A stretch of 64,000 nt of DNA, taken from the IMG/VR virus record IMGVR_UViG_3300009149_000019, positions 20,003 through 84,002 of that record, one strand, 5' to 3'. The position numbers were made by a program, and so were the translations under genes. The notes below the pieces were generated by a model that was not told the DNA's origin, did no database searches, and saw only the letters and a program-made list of their open reading frames with translations. The DNA is from a virus. Of this stretch, positions 21,174 to 30,919 are shown piece after piece. Each line of letters starts with the position of its first letter. Positions within the stretch are counted from its first letter, which is position 1.

Positions 21174-21740
21174 GTGGATTTAAAATTTTACCTAGAATCA
21201 CTATATCCCGGCCTGGATGAGGCTGGTGTATGGCATGTAGCAAAGGTCGTGCTTAACTACGACCATTTTCGGCAAGAGCCTCTTGTTACGAAAGCAATGG
21301 GAATAAGCTCCAGGAACTGTGAGTATTGCAAGAGAGAGCAAGAGGAATCTAACCACAGACACGTATTCTGCCGACGCCATTTAATGCTTTATGAGCTAAA
21401 GAGGTATTACGTGACAGAAGCCAGCCCGGTATTTGTATACCGTGATCTATACATCTTTCCACAAAAGTATGCGGTCAAGTGGTTTGAGAATGTGGTAGTG
21501 TCCTCATTTTCATCCAGGTACGTATCAAAAAAAGATGTGTATTACCTACTGAAGTTCTCCTTCCTGAAGAGAGATCTTAGAGAAGTGACTTTCTCAAATC
21601 TCATAAACATAGATGAGATTGATACACAGGAATCACTAAGTGTGTCCCTTGCTACTGCCAACCTTATTATGTCTAAAGACAATAGGGATGGATTTGTAGT
21701 AAGTACGTTTGACGATTTAGGGATACCAGAAGAGGAATGA
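21174..21740 (+). CDS. Hypothetical protein with CxxC...CxxH motif
   Basis: CEYC...FCRRH; AAGGAG SD, GTG start. Confidence 0.65.
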   Translation: MDLKFYLESLYPGLDEAGVWHVAKVVLNYDHFRQEPLVTKAMGISSRNCEYCKREQEESNHRHVFCRRHLMLYELKRYYVTEASPVFVYRDLYIFPQKYAVKWFENVVVSSFSSRYVSKKDVYYLLKFSFLKRDLREVTFSNLINIDEIDTQESLSVSLATANLIMSKDNRDGFVVSTFDDLGIPEEE

Positions 21741-21783
21741 TCTTTTTTGAGTTTGGTACTTTGGGCATTTTAGAAAAATACCA

Positions 21784-21813
21784 TTGTACTTCCAATATAC
21801 TCTCTGCTATACT
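21784..21813 (+). promoter_or_regulatory. sigma70-type promoter upstream of RNAP genes
   Basis: TTGTAC-N18-TATACT with TGn extension. Confidence 0.55.
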
Positions 21814-21819
21814 GAGTGC

Positions 21820-21934
21820 GACCGACTACAAGCAGTAGTTGTATAACAATGCACTACTGCATAAATTTATGGCGGAGCGCTCGCCGGTAGCTGAGAGACT
21901 TAAAAAAACAACAATGGTCTAACCACTCTTAGCT
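21820..21934 (+). promoter_or_regulatory. Candidate structured 5' leader RNA
   Basis: Three inverted repeats: GCAGTAG..CTACTGC (21832-21860), GGCG..CGCC (21871-21885), AGCTGAGAG..CTCTTAGCT (21889-21934). Confidence 0.4.
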
Positions 21935-21959
21935 TCTATAGTGCACAGGAGGGTTTTCC

Positions 21960-24884
21960 ATGTTTGTAACAATGCTTCCCCAAAAGGAGCTAATTTCTCT
22001 TCCGGAGGTGTCCTCCACCAAACCTTATAACAAAAACAAATTGTTTAGTGCTGATGGGCTATACTCCGAACAGATCTTTGGTCCTGTTAACGACTATCAG
22101 TGTCAGGATAAGATGTTTATAGGAAAAATCCATGAAGGAAAGATTTGTCCGAAGTGTGGCGTAAAGGTTACCAGCAGTTTGGAAAGATTCAAGAATTTCG
22201 GGAAGATAACCCTTCCTCTCAGAATCATTCATCCGTATGCGTTCCCGTTTCTAACGAGAGAGTTTGGTCAGTCAGTGGTCAAGGCTATATCGAATGGGGA
22301 GAAGTTCTATAAGGTAGTAAATAAAAAACTAGAGCTTGTAGAAGAAGAAGATGTCGACGGTGGAACAGGTGGAGAGTTTCTATTCCACGTTATAAGCAAG
22401 CTTGGGTTTAAGGATAAGAAAACAAAAGATTTTATCATGTTATATAAGAATGAGGTGTTCCCTCAGTACCTTCCAGTTATTCCAGTAGGTGCCAGGAACA
22501 TGCTTAAGGTTGATAACGTGGTAGTTGTTGATGACATCAACAACGTGTATGTCCGGATTCTTAAAAAGAACCAGGCAATGGCACGTGTAGTAGTCATGGA
22601 CAAAAGTCTTTTATCAGAATACTATGAAATCCAGAGCTTCGTTGAGGAGCTTTTTCAGAAATTGGAAGAGAAGATTGGAAAGAAGAAAGGCCTAATCAGA
22701 CAGAATCTTCTCGGAAAACGTGCAGACTTCTCATCCAGGGCAGTCATTGTTCCAAGCCCACACCTTCCTTTGGACAAAGTGGAGCTTCCCCTTGCTATGT
22801 GCAAGGAGCTGTACAAGTTCCATATCCTATCCCATCTTATAAACAAGGTAAAGGTAAGTGCTCTTAGTGCATTAGAGCGCCTAGATACTATGACGGATGA
22901 TGAGTACCTGGACATCTTGAACGAGATAACAGCAACCAGCTGTGTTATCTTAAACAGACAGCCTACCCTTCATAGGATGGGTATGATTGCATTTTATCCT
23001 ATCGTCAAAAAAGATACGAACGCTATTGCGATTCCTGTGCTAGCGTGCCCACCGTTTAACGCTGATTTTGATGGTGATCAGATTGCTGTTTACCTTCCTT
23101 TATCAGAAGCAGCGCTTGATGAGGCGCGTGGATCACTTCTGGCAACCAACCAAATCATTTCCCCATCTAATAGGGATATCACCTTTTTACCAAGCCACGA
23201 CATCGTTCTGGGGTTATACAAACTTACAAAGTTTGGACCGAAGCCTCGGTCTAGGGCGGTTTCTATCAGTGACACTATATCTAAAGAAGAACTCCTCTCA
23301 ATTAAAATGGAGTCAACTGTTACATATAAAGGCCGTAGAACGACAGCGGGGCGTGTCCTTTTTAATAAGGTGATCCGTGAGCTGGTAGACTTTGTTGACA
23401 TACCAGTCACGAAGAACGTACTGTACTCAATAATGAAAGACGAAAGACTTCGACCACACCTGTCTGTACTGATAGACGAGATCAAGAACATGGGGTTCTA
23501 CCTTACTACAAGGATAGGATCATCCTTCGCAGTCTCTGACTTTATTCTTAAGGGGACTGCACAGAAGAAGAGTGCCATAAAAGACGTACGCGATATGAAA
23601 GAGATTGAGAACCTGGAAGCTCTAATGATTGAAGAGCTAAAGGATAATGATGTGTTTGACATGATTAAATCAGGAGCTCGTGGAAGCTTTGAACAGGTCA
23701 GACAGATCTCCTTATTTAAGGGCTTAGTGACTGATGTTGTTGGCCAGATTCAGTCTGAGCCTATTAAGCACGGATTGCTTGAGGGGCTCACACCTAAAGA
23801 GTTTTTCAGATCCAGTTACGGTTCTAGGAAAGGAGTCGTAGACTCTTCATTAAACACTGGCCAGTCAGGACACCTAACAAGGAAGCTGGTATTCGCACTT
23901 TCTCCTTGTATTGTTGATTATAGCAACAGTGACTGTAAATCAACAAGATACTTTGATATTGAGGTTACTACACCCATACTTCCATTTCTTAAGGATAGGT
24001 ACATCCTTGTTGGAAACAAAGAGGTAAAGATCTCTAACTCAGCGCCCTATCTTGGAAAAACGATTAAGTTAAGAAGCCCTATTCACTGTAAGGGTGAGCA
24101 TGGTTTCTGTAGCAAGTGTGTAGGACACTTTCCATGGGGGAAAGAGATAGGCATAATGGCAGCCCAGGCAATGGGAGAAAGAGCAACCCAGATGACACTG
24201 CGTACATTTCATACTGGTGGAATTGCTAAGTCAGCCTTAGGTGGAATCCTGGACAAGCTAAACCACCCAGCCCTAGACCTTGAGGGTGCTACGATCGTAG
24301 CACGTAAAGATGGATTTCTTACTCTTCTTTCTGATGAAGATGATGATGAGGGAGGGGAGAGTGTGGATGGTATGTACCAAATTAAGATCGGTAACGACAC
24401 CATCCTGATTGAGAGTGTTCCAGAGATAGATATCTTTCACGTAGGTAAATTTATTTCAGGAACAGCACTCCTCCAGGTTAATTTCAGAAATGATGATATA
24501 GTATCTGACCTAAGACAGCTCAGGTTGGTACTTGACAATAAGAATGTATGTAAGCAGTTCATCGGACCAAACTTAGGTGCATTGCTTACAGAACTCATAG
24601 AGGTGTTTACAAACTATGGCATGATTGACATCGTGTTTTTGGAGACACTCTTAAGCCAGCTAGCCAGAGCAGACGGAGTACACCTTCGTTTTTCAGATAA
24701 ACAGTTTCCGGATGATATGAAGACCCTGTCCTCACTACCACTATCTTCCTCGATCATACAAGGCATGTCCTTTGAAAGATTTAGGAGTGCAGTTACTAAA
24801 AGCTTGGACATGGTTAAGGATGGCACCATAAGCCCAAACAAGACTGTATCTGTTTTAGAGAGATTGCTTCTCTTAAAGTTCTGA
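21960..24884 (+). CDS. rpoC: Phage multisubunit RNA polymerase beta-prime subunit
   Basis: GLYSEQIFGP..CQ..CPKC, GKRADFSSRAVI, LNRQPTLHR, catalytic NADFDGD, SGARG, GHLTRKLV, TQMTLRTFHTGG. Confidence 0.96.
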   Translation: MFVTMLPQKELISLPEVSSTKPYNKNKLFSADGLYSEQIFGPVNDYQCQDKMFIGKIHEGKICPKCGVKVTSSLERFKNFGKITLPLRIIHPYAFPFLTREFGQSVVKAISNGEKFYKVVNKKLELVEEEDVDGGTGGEFLFHVISKLGFKDKKTKDFIMLYKNEVFPQYLPVIPVGARNMLKVDNVVVVDDINNVYVRILKKNQAMARVVVMDKSLLSEYYEIQSFVEELFQKLEEKIGKKKGLIRQNLLGKRADFSSRAVIVPSPHLPLDKVELPLAMCKELYKFHILSHLINKVKVSALSALERLDTMTDDEYLDILNEITATSCVILNRQPTLHRMGMIAFYPIVKKDTNAIAIPVLACPPFNADFDGDQIAVYLPLSEAALDEARGSLLATNQIISPSNRDITFLPSHDIVLGLYKLTKFGPKPRSRAVSISDTISKEELLSIKMESTVTYKGRRTTAGRVLFNKVIRELVDFVDIPVTKNVLYSIMKDERLRPHLSVLIDEIKNMGFYLTTRIGSSFAVSDFILKGTAQKKSAIKDVRDMKEIENLEALMIEELKDNDVFDMIKSGARGSFEQVRQISLFKGLVTDVVGQIQSEPIKHGLLEGLTPKEFFRSSYGSRKGVVDSSLNTGQSGHLTRKLVFALSPCIVDYSNSDCKSTRYFDIEVTTPILPFLKDRYILVGNKEVKISNSAPYLGKTIKLRSPIHCKGEHGFCSKCVGHFPWGKEIGIMAAQAMGERATQMTLRTFHTGGIAKSALGGILDKLNHPALDLEGATIVARKDGFLTLLSDEDDDEGGESVDGMYQIKIGNDTILIESVPEIDIFHVGKFISGTALLQVNFRNDDIVSDLRQLRLVLDNKNVCKQFIGPNLGALLTELIEVFTNYGMIDIVFLETLLSQLARADGVHLRFSDKQFPDDMKTLSSLPLSSSIIQGMSFERFRSAVTKSLDMVKDGTISPNKTVSVLERLLLLKF

Positions 24885-24903
24885 GCACAGGAGGCTATAC
24901 TAT

Positions 24904-27900
24904 ATGAACGGCATGAACATCTATCCTTTTGAGAGAACGTCACCCCTGCTGGACTACTATGCGTTTGACATTGACATCCTGCAGAAAAAGATCTTTACAC
25001 TATTTAAGCACCTGGAGCATACAGGGCACGTGAAGGTCTTGAGCATCTCTCATAATCTGAAACCAAAGCAGACACGATACTGCTACCTGTATCCTACAGA
25101 TACTTTTTCGATCAGAGTTAAGTGTACAATTGATGAGATTGACAAGACCTTCCTGCTGCACATCCCCAGGATGATAAATAGAAAGTTTACCATCAATGGG
25201 TATGAGAACATTCCCATTTTCCAGATGGTGGATCCTGCTGTTGTAGCCAGACCAGGTCATATCTTTGTAAGGTCAGCCTTTAACGATTTGTCAGTAGTAT
25301 ATAATGAAAAACACTGCCAGGTCTACGCATTCAGGAAAAAGATGACACTGTCTACCATACTGTTTGCAGTGCGTGGATTCCGGAAGGCATGTAAATATTT
25401 TGGGGTGAAAGTTAGTAAGGTCAAAAGCTTCACTAAAGGAGACTCCAGAGCAAACAAGATGATCTTAAAGGACCAGTGTATAGAGATCCTAAACATGGAC
25501 GCACTTGATCCAATAGGGCAGTTGGTATTTAGGACAGCATGTTATGAAAAGTACAAGGACGTCCTTGAGACATTCGGAACGGACGAGTTCTTTATTGGAA
25601 TGCTAGGTAACCATTTTTTTGATAAGCGGAACTTCATGAAGAAAGGTGAAGAGATCCTTGAGAGTTTTAAGACTGCTTTCTTTGATCCGATCACAAAAGA
25701 ACAGCTTAACTATAACGGGGATTTCTTCAAATTCATGGTTGATCTTCTCACACAGTACCTGAACACTCAGGCTTATGACTTCTTAGATCTTGAGCGTAGA
25801 GTGATCAGGCTGGAAGATTATATCCTTGTTCCATTATTTCAAAAGATATTCTCAATAGTCAGGGTAAGTATGAAATATCCTCAAAGGGTACATCATATAA
25901 AAATAAAGCCTGATGAGATGACAGGCTCTTTGTCTAAGCCAGAGTTACAGCCTTTAATTCAATATGACTCTTCTCTTAATCCGATAGGAGAGGTTTCAAC
26001 TTTCTTTAAGTGTTCCATCTTTGGGATCAGTGGCCTGCAGAAGAGTCAAGTGTCAATTGCGATGAGAAATATTCATCCATCTTACTACGGGTCTATTTGT
26101 CCAATTGATACCCCAGATGGTCCCAGTTGTGGTGTGGTTATGAACCTGGTTCCGACTGCACAGCTTAACATTGAAGACGGTAAGTTGGAGATAGATAGAG
26201 ATCACGAGACCAGAGACATAGTTTCCCTACCAGTAGCCACCATCCCATTTTTGGAAAGAAATGATGGTGTCCGTCTCCAGATGGGAGCTAACCAGAGTGA
26301 GCAGTCAAAGATACTTGATGTCACCGAGCTTCCGACTATTCAGACAGGAGCAGAGCATCTGGTAGCAAAAATGTCTACTTTTGTTAGAAGAAGCCCAGTA
26401 GACGGTATTATTTCCTTCATTAACAAGAACTTCATTGTTGTAAAAGACGAGGCTGGTAAGCATCACCTGGTTGATGCTCGTGACGAGTTCACGAGAAGGA
26501 AAATGTTCAAGTCGTTTGACCACCAGGTAACCATAGGCCAGAAGGTCAGAAAAGGGATGATCTTATCTGCTGACAGTCGGTGTATCAAGGATGATAAGGT
26601 TACTCTTGGTAGAAACTTAAAAACCTGCTTTTTCTGTTATGAGGGCAACACTTACGAAGACGCGATTGTTGTATCAGAAGAAGCAGCAGAAAAGATGTCA
26701 CATTGGGAATACAACGTGACAGAGCTAACGATTGGAAGGAATGAGACTTTGCGTGAATATAATGGAAAGTTCTTTCCTGCGGTAGGAGAAGTTACCAAAG
26801 ACGGGGTGCTCACTGAAAAGCAAACGATAGACCCGGAAATACGGTTCCTGTTTGACTACGACAGGGAGACAGAAAAAATAGCAGTGCCTCCCGGTTCTGA
26901 GGTTGTTGATATTCGTGTGTATGTTAATAATGAGCACGAGCTACAGCCTGAGCTTAAGGAGTACATAGATGCCCTGGTTTGTCAGCAAATGACAGATGAG
27001 CGTTCTCAGTTCAACACCATAAAAAGGTTTGTTGAGGATCCGGACCTGCTGGCATACCATAAGAATAATACATTAAAAAGTCACCGTATAGGAAGATTTT
27101 ACGGGGTTGACCATTTTGAGGGTGTCCTATTCAGAATCTTTACAAAAAGACGGTGTACTCTGATGAAGGGTGACAAACTTGCTAACAGGGCAGGAAACAA
27201 GGGCGTTGTGTCTGCCATTCTTCCAGTTGATCAGATGCCAAGAGGAGAGGATGGGGTACCCTTCGAGATCTGCTTGAATCCAATGGGTATTATTACCAGG
27301 ATGAACACCGGCCAGTTATTTGAAATGACACTGGGAACTGCATGTAAAGAGATCACAAAGCGTATGCAAACCCTTCCTGAGGACAGGGCTCTGGACTTTA
27401 TGCTAGAGATGATTGAGCTAGTTGATAATACAGAGGAGCACTGGTATTCTATCCAGGCTAAGGATCATGTTAGTTCACTAGAACCACATGCAAAAACTGC
27501 GCTGTATAACAAAGTGTGTACTGATGGGCTTCAGCTATATCAGCCACCATTTGCGTCCATCACCCTGGATAACTACATGAAATTGGTGGAGATACTTGGA
27601 ATTTCTGAGAAGGAACATCTATTTATTCCTGAGCTTAACACAACAACGTCTGACCCTGTTGGCTGTGGATACACTTACGTACTAAAGCTTCTGCATACAT
27701 CAGAAAGTAAAATTCATAGCAGAAGTATAGGTCCATATTCTCAGATTACTGGACAACCTTTACAAGGTAAGCGTAACCAAGGCGCTCAGCGCTTAGGTGA
27801 GATGGAAATTTGGGCTCTTGCTGCACACGATGCCGACGCCACCGTTAAGGAGATTTTAACCATTAAGAGTGATGATATTGCTGGACGAAAAGCAATGATC

Positions 27901-28026
27901 AGGAACTTCTTAGACGCAACTCCTATTTCGATGTCCTCCTCAGAAGAGTCTCTATCTAAGACTATTTTTATGGCATACATGAAAGGCCTTATGATAAAAT
28001 TAGAATCTTCGGAGGTAGGTCTATGA
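24904..28026 (+). CDS. rpoB: Phage multisubunit RNA polymerase beta subunit
   Basis: HPSYYGSICPIDTPDG, MGANQ, YEDAIVVSE, GDKLANRAGNKG, LNPMGIITRMNTGQ, KIHSRS, GAQRLGEMEIWAL. Confidence 0.96.
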   Translation: MNGMNIYPFERTSPLLDYYAFDIDILQKKIFTLFKHLEHTGHVKVLSISHNLKPKQTRYCYLYPTDTFSIRVKCTIDEIDKTFLLHIPRMINRKFTINGYENIPIFQMVDPAVVARPGHIFVRSAFNDLSVVYNEKHCQVYAFRKKMTLSTILFAVRGFRKACKYFGVKVSKVKSFTKGDSRANKMILKDQCIEILNMDALDPIGQLVFRTACYEKYKDVLETFGTDEFFIGMLGNHFFDKRNFMKKGEEILESFKTAFFDPITKEQLNYNGDFFKFMVDLLTQYLNTQAYDFLDLERRVIRLEDYILVPLFQKIFSIVRVSMKYPQRVHHIKIKPDEMTGSLSKPELQPLIQYDSSLNPIGEVSTFFKCSIFGISGLQKSQVSIAMRNIHPSYYGSICPIDTPDGPSCGVVMNLVPTAQLNIEDGKLEIDRDHETRDIVSLPVATIPFLERNDGVRLQMGANQSEQSKILDVTELPTIQTGAEHLVAKMSTFVRRSPVDGIISFINKNFIVVKDEAGKHHLVDARDEFTRRKMFKSFDHQVTIGQKVRKGMILSADSRCIKDDKVTLGRNLKTCFFCYEGNTYEDAIVVSEEAAEKMSHWEYNVTELTIGRNETLREYNGKFFPAVGEVTKDGVLTEKQTIDPEIRFLFDYDRETEKIAVPPGSEVVDIRVYVNNEHELQPELKEYIDALVCQQMTDERSQFNTIKRFVEDPDLLAYHKNNTLKSHRIGRFYGVDHFEGVLFRIFTKRRCTLMKGDKLANRAGNKGVVSAILPVDQMPRGEDGVPFEICLNPMGIITRMNTGQLFEMTLGTACKEITKRMQTLPEDRALDFMLEMIELVDNTEEHWYSIQAKDHVSSLEPHAKTALYNKVCTDGLQLYQPPFASITLDNYMKLVEILGISEKEHLFIPELNTTTSDPVGCGYTYVLKLLHTSESKIHSRSIGPYSQITGQPLQGKRNQGAQRLGEMEIWALAAHDADATVKEILTIKSDDIAGRKAMIRNFLDATPISMSSSEESLSKTIFMAYMKGLMIKLESSEVGL

Positions 28027-28481
28027 CAAAAAAGAAACTGCATCTTATTCTTAACAACCATGAAGGCACCATTATTATTGCTGGGCATGTGCCACTATCT
28101 TCGCAAGCCCACAGTGGAATCAGGCTATCATCCTCCAAAAAAGGAGAAGCCCTGGTAAGTACAGCTCTTGACTCGATATCTTTCCTTTCGAGAGCTTCAG
28201 TGCTTAAGGAACTTAACCTTAGTAAACATATGACCAAGGGGTGTGTTTCTGCTTTGGTAAATGTTCCATGTACCTACCAAATTACGGTAAAGAAGACACT
28301 TCTGGTTTCTGGAGAAATAGTATCGTTGCACAGCATTAACATTATCTCTCCTGGGGTGAATACCGTAAACGTCTTGTATGTTAACAGGGTAGACATCTCA
28401 GATAAACTTACTGAATTTTTTGCTACTCTGGAAGATGTGGAAGAACTGGAACAGGGAGGCATTAATGGCAATGTCCTCTAA
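28023..28481 (+). CDS. Hypothetical protein, possible degenerate RNAP alpha-like subunit
   Basis: ATGA overlap with beta; LVSGEIVSLHSINIISPG resembles the alpha insert motif VTAGDIxxxxxVEIxNPD. Confidence 0.4.
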   Translation: MTKKKLHLILNNHEGTIIIAGHVPLSSQAHSGIRLSSSKKGEALVSTALDSISFLSRASVLKELNLSKHMTKGCVSALVNVPCTYQITVKKTLLVSGEIVSLHSINIISPGVNTVNVLYVNRVDISDKLTEFFATLEDVEELEQGGINGNVL

Positions 28482-28794
28482 TCTTAGCTCTTTAGGTAAA
28501 GCATGCGGCTTGGGTAGTGGTGCTCAGACATCTGGAACGGTGGCTACGTGCAGTAGTAGTAATATTGGTACGTATTATGCAGGAAGTACATACACAACAG
28601 TTTCTTATCCTTCGGTAGAAGAGGTTACCGAACTCAAAGAGACAGTAGACTTTCTGTCACACATGATTGTGTTACTTGCCCCTACAGCTCAACTTAAGAT
28701 AATGCTTCTTTTGCCTAAGACACCTGAGATAGTAAAAACAGCAATAAGGGAAAGACTTAAGATTCCTATGGATAGCCAGGAGGGAGGACTATAA
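28465..28794 (+). CDS. Hypothetical protein with C-terminal box
   Basis: GGAGG SD; Ser/Gly/Thr-rich N-terminus, PTAQLKIMLLLPKTPEIVKTAIRERL. Confidence 0.7.
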   Translation: MAMSSNLSSLGKACGLGSGAQTSGTVATCSSSNIGTYYAGSTYTTVSYPSVEEVTELKETVDFLSHMIVLLAPTAQLKIMLLLPKTPEIVKTAIRERLKIPMDSQEGGL

Positions 28795-29273
28795 TGACTA
28801 GTGATAAATCCTTAAAAACTCATAAGAAATGGGAGCAGCGGCTTCGTTACTACAGAGAGTGTAACTTTTCTGATAATGATGCAAAGAAGGATAAGCACGC
28901 AAGCATTAGGAGTCGTTTCTACGCAGCAGGTGGATGGACAGATCCTGATGCAAAAAAGGATAAAGATCATTTGATTAGGGTAGCCTACTACTCTGTGAAA
29001 GATTGGACAGACTTCGACTGGTATGTAGATTCAGATCTTGAAATAGTTAAAATGGGTATTGCTTCCTGTAGCAGGTTTAAGGACAGCACCAATCTGTATA
29101 AGGCGCTAGGTCGAGTGTTTGAGGAAAAATCGTATAACTATGCTATAAAGCAATTAAAATTAGCTCTTACAGTTGTTCCTAAGGCAGTGCTACTTCGGTT
29201 ATCCATGAAGGTCCTCGCAACTGATCCCAGAGTAAACGTGGTACTTCAAGAGATACTAACCTCGAAGACATGA
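28794..29273 (+). CDS. Trp-repeat family protein with C-terminal box
   Basis: Three 23-aa repeats ending DWTDFDWYVDSD; PKAVLLRLSMKVLATDPRVNVVLQEIL. Confidence 0.75.
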   Translation: MTSDKSLKTHKKWEQRLRYYRECNFSDNDAKKDKHASIRSRFYAAGGWTDPDAKKDKDHLIRVAYYSVKDWTDFDWYVDSDLEIVKMGIASCSRFKDSTNLYKALGRVFEEKSYNYAIKQLKLALTVVPKAVLLRLSMKVLATDPRVNVVLQEILTSKT

Positions 29274-29971
29274 GGCTGATAACGGATAGTTTATCAACGA
29301 TAGAGATATCGAGAATGGTGGTCATTTCTGATATGGCTGCTTATTTTAGTTCGGGTAACGTGGTTACAAGTCAGTATCTGCGTGGCACGAACCAAGGTGA
29401 GCGGAATGTATATATGTATCTCGCAGCTTTACTAGGACACGGCTCTGGTAGCCTGTGTCGTTTGAAGAAGAAAGATAAGGATTTTCTTTCTTTTATGTAC
29501 CTTAGTGGGCCTACTGCTATAACCGAGGCTTGGGCTTCCTCTATCATGGACACCATGTTGGAAGAAAGAATCCATGAACTAAAAGCAGGACACCTCGGTG
29601 TACTTTCCCATGTGATGCCTCATATTCCGGAGTGGCTATCTATTTTCAGGAAACTTGGAGTAGCACATACAAGCGATTTGCTATCAACAAGCATCCCAGT
29701 TATGACCCTTTCTTATAAAATAAATGACCTCTTATTTGATTTTCGGATACTTGGAGCTAAATTGTACTGTCTGCTAAAAAAAGATAGGCCTGGTATACTA
29801 AGCCGCCTGATGATGACACAGCAGTACTCAGAAGTGTTTATGGACATTCAGGATCTTGGGTGGGTTGACCAGGAAGAATTAGAGCTTCCTGAGTTTAGGA
29901 TCCAGATTAATGTGGACAACTATTTTTCGTTAAGACACTTTATGAAAGAACAAAAGGAAGAGATGCCATGA
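29270..29971 (+). CDS. Hypothetical protein
   Basis: 233 aa, ATGA overlaps on both sides. Confidence 0.7.
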   Translation: MRLITDSLSTIEISRMVVISDMAAYFSSGNVVTSQYLRGTNQGERNVYMYLAALLGHGSGSLCRLKKKDKDFLSFMYLSGPTAITEAWASSIMDTMLEERIHELKAGHLGVLSHVMPHIPEWLSIFRKLGVAHTSDLLSTSIPVMTLSYKINDLLFDFRILGAKLYCLLKKDRPGILSRLMMTQQYSEVFMDIQDLGWVDQEELELPEFRIQINVDNYFSLRHFMKEQKEEMP

Positions 29972-30618
29972 AGATATGTATATGTGGTGATGTCCACGGC
30001 AAGTGGAAGTACTTGAATGACCTTATCCGGAATGAAAAGCCAGACATACTCCTAAGTTGTGGAGACTTTGGGTACTGGCCCCGGTTTAGAAATCTTAGTA
30101 TAGACCAAGTTATCGCTGGAGATACAAAGATATACTTTTGTGATGGTAACCATGAGGACCACTGGGCTCTTATCGATCTAACAGATAATGAGGTAGCTCC
30201 TAATGTATTTTACATGAAAAGAGGATCTACTCTTACTTTACCTGATGGACGTGTGGTTATGTTTTTTGGAGGTGCAGACTCTATTGACAAGGGTATCAGG
30301 TTGATAGGGGTTGACTGGTTTCCGGAAGAAGTTATTTCATACAAAGACATGACTGATCTTCCAAACACAAAAATTGATATCATGATAACGCATACGTGCC
30401 CAGATTGGATGGGTGACTTAACGGATCTATTGGGGAATGCTCCGTTTACTGATCCTTCGCGCCAGGCTCTTTCACAAATATTTGATATGTATAAGCCAGC
30501 GCTTTGGTTCTTTGGTCATTGGCATGGGGCTAGGTCGGGGGAAATCGACGGATGTCGTTGGGAAATGTTGAACATGGCAGGATGTTATAACTGGTACACT
30601 GTACTGGAGGAAGTATGA
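29968..30618 (+). CDS. Calcineurin-like metallophosphoesterase
   Basis: GDVHG, GDFG, GNHED, GGADSID, THTCP, GHWH. Confidence 0.88.
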   Translation: MKICICGDVHGKWKYLNDLIRNEKPDILLSCGDFGYWPRFRNLSIDQVIAGDTKIYFCDGNHEDHWALIDLTDNEVAPNVFYMKRGSTLTLPDGRVVMFFGGADSIDKGIRLIGVDWFPEEVISYKDMTDLPNTKIDIMITHTCPDWMGDLTDLLGNAPFTDPSRQALSQIFDMYKPALWFFGHWHGARSGEIDGCRWEMLNMAGCYNWYTVLEEV

Positions 30619-30908
30619 CATTTTGTGAAGGAGTCACAATGAAGGTTCGTTTTTTACGAGCACAGCTCCAAACGATACTAGGCGAATTCCTAAAAGGCCC
30701 AAACAGCACTGAAAACGCAGAGGGCCACGCTAAGATTGATGGTCCTATGGTGTATTTTTACTTGAACGGTTCGTACGTGTCAATGTACGGAACTATACTG
30801 GAACCAGGAGAATGTAATGTAAACATTGACTATGTCTTAAAAAGACTGTCTCAAAGTGAAGGCACATACGTTACACTTTCTACCCAAGAGGATCTTGTTT
30901 TTGAATAA
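30615..30908 (+). CDS. Hypothetical protein
   Basis: 97-aa ORF in operon. Confidence 0.6.
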   Translation: MTFCEGVTMKVRFLRAQLQTILGEFLKGPNSTENAEGHAKIDGPMVYFYLNGSYVSMYGTILEPGECNVNIDYVLKRLSQSEGTYVTLSTQEDLVFE

Positions 30909-30919
30909 CGGAGGTAACC

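Noticed and set aside
21960-28026. Bacterial chromosomal rpoBC locus
   Set aside because: Reversed order, short divergent subunits, no rplL/nusG/rpsL neighbours, and phage-type replication genes alongside.
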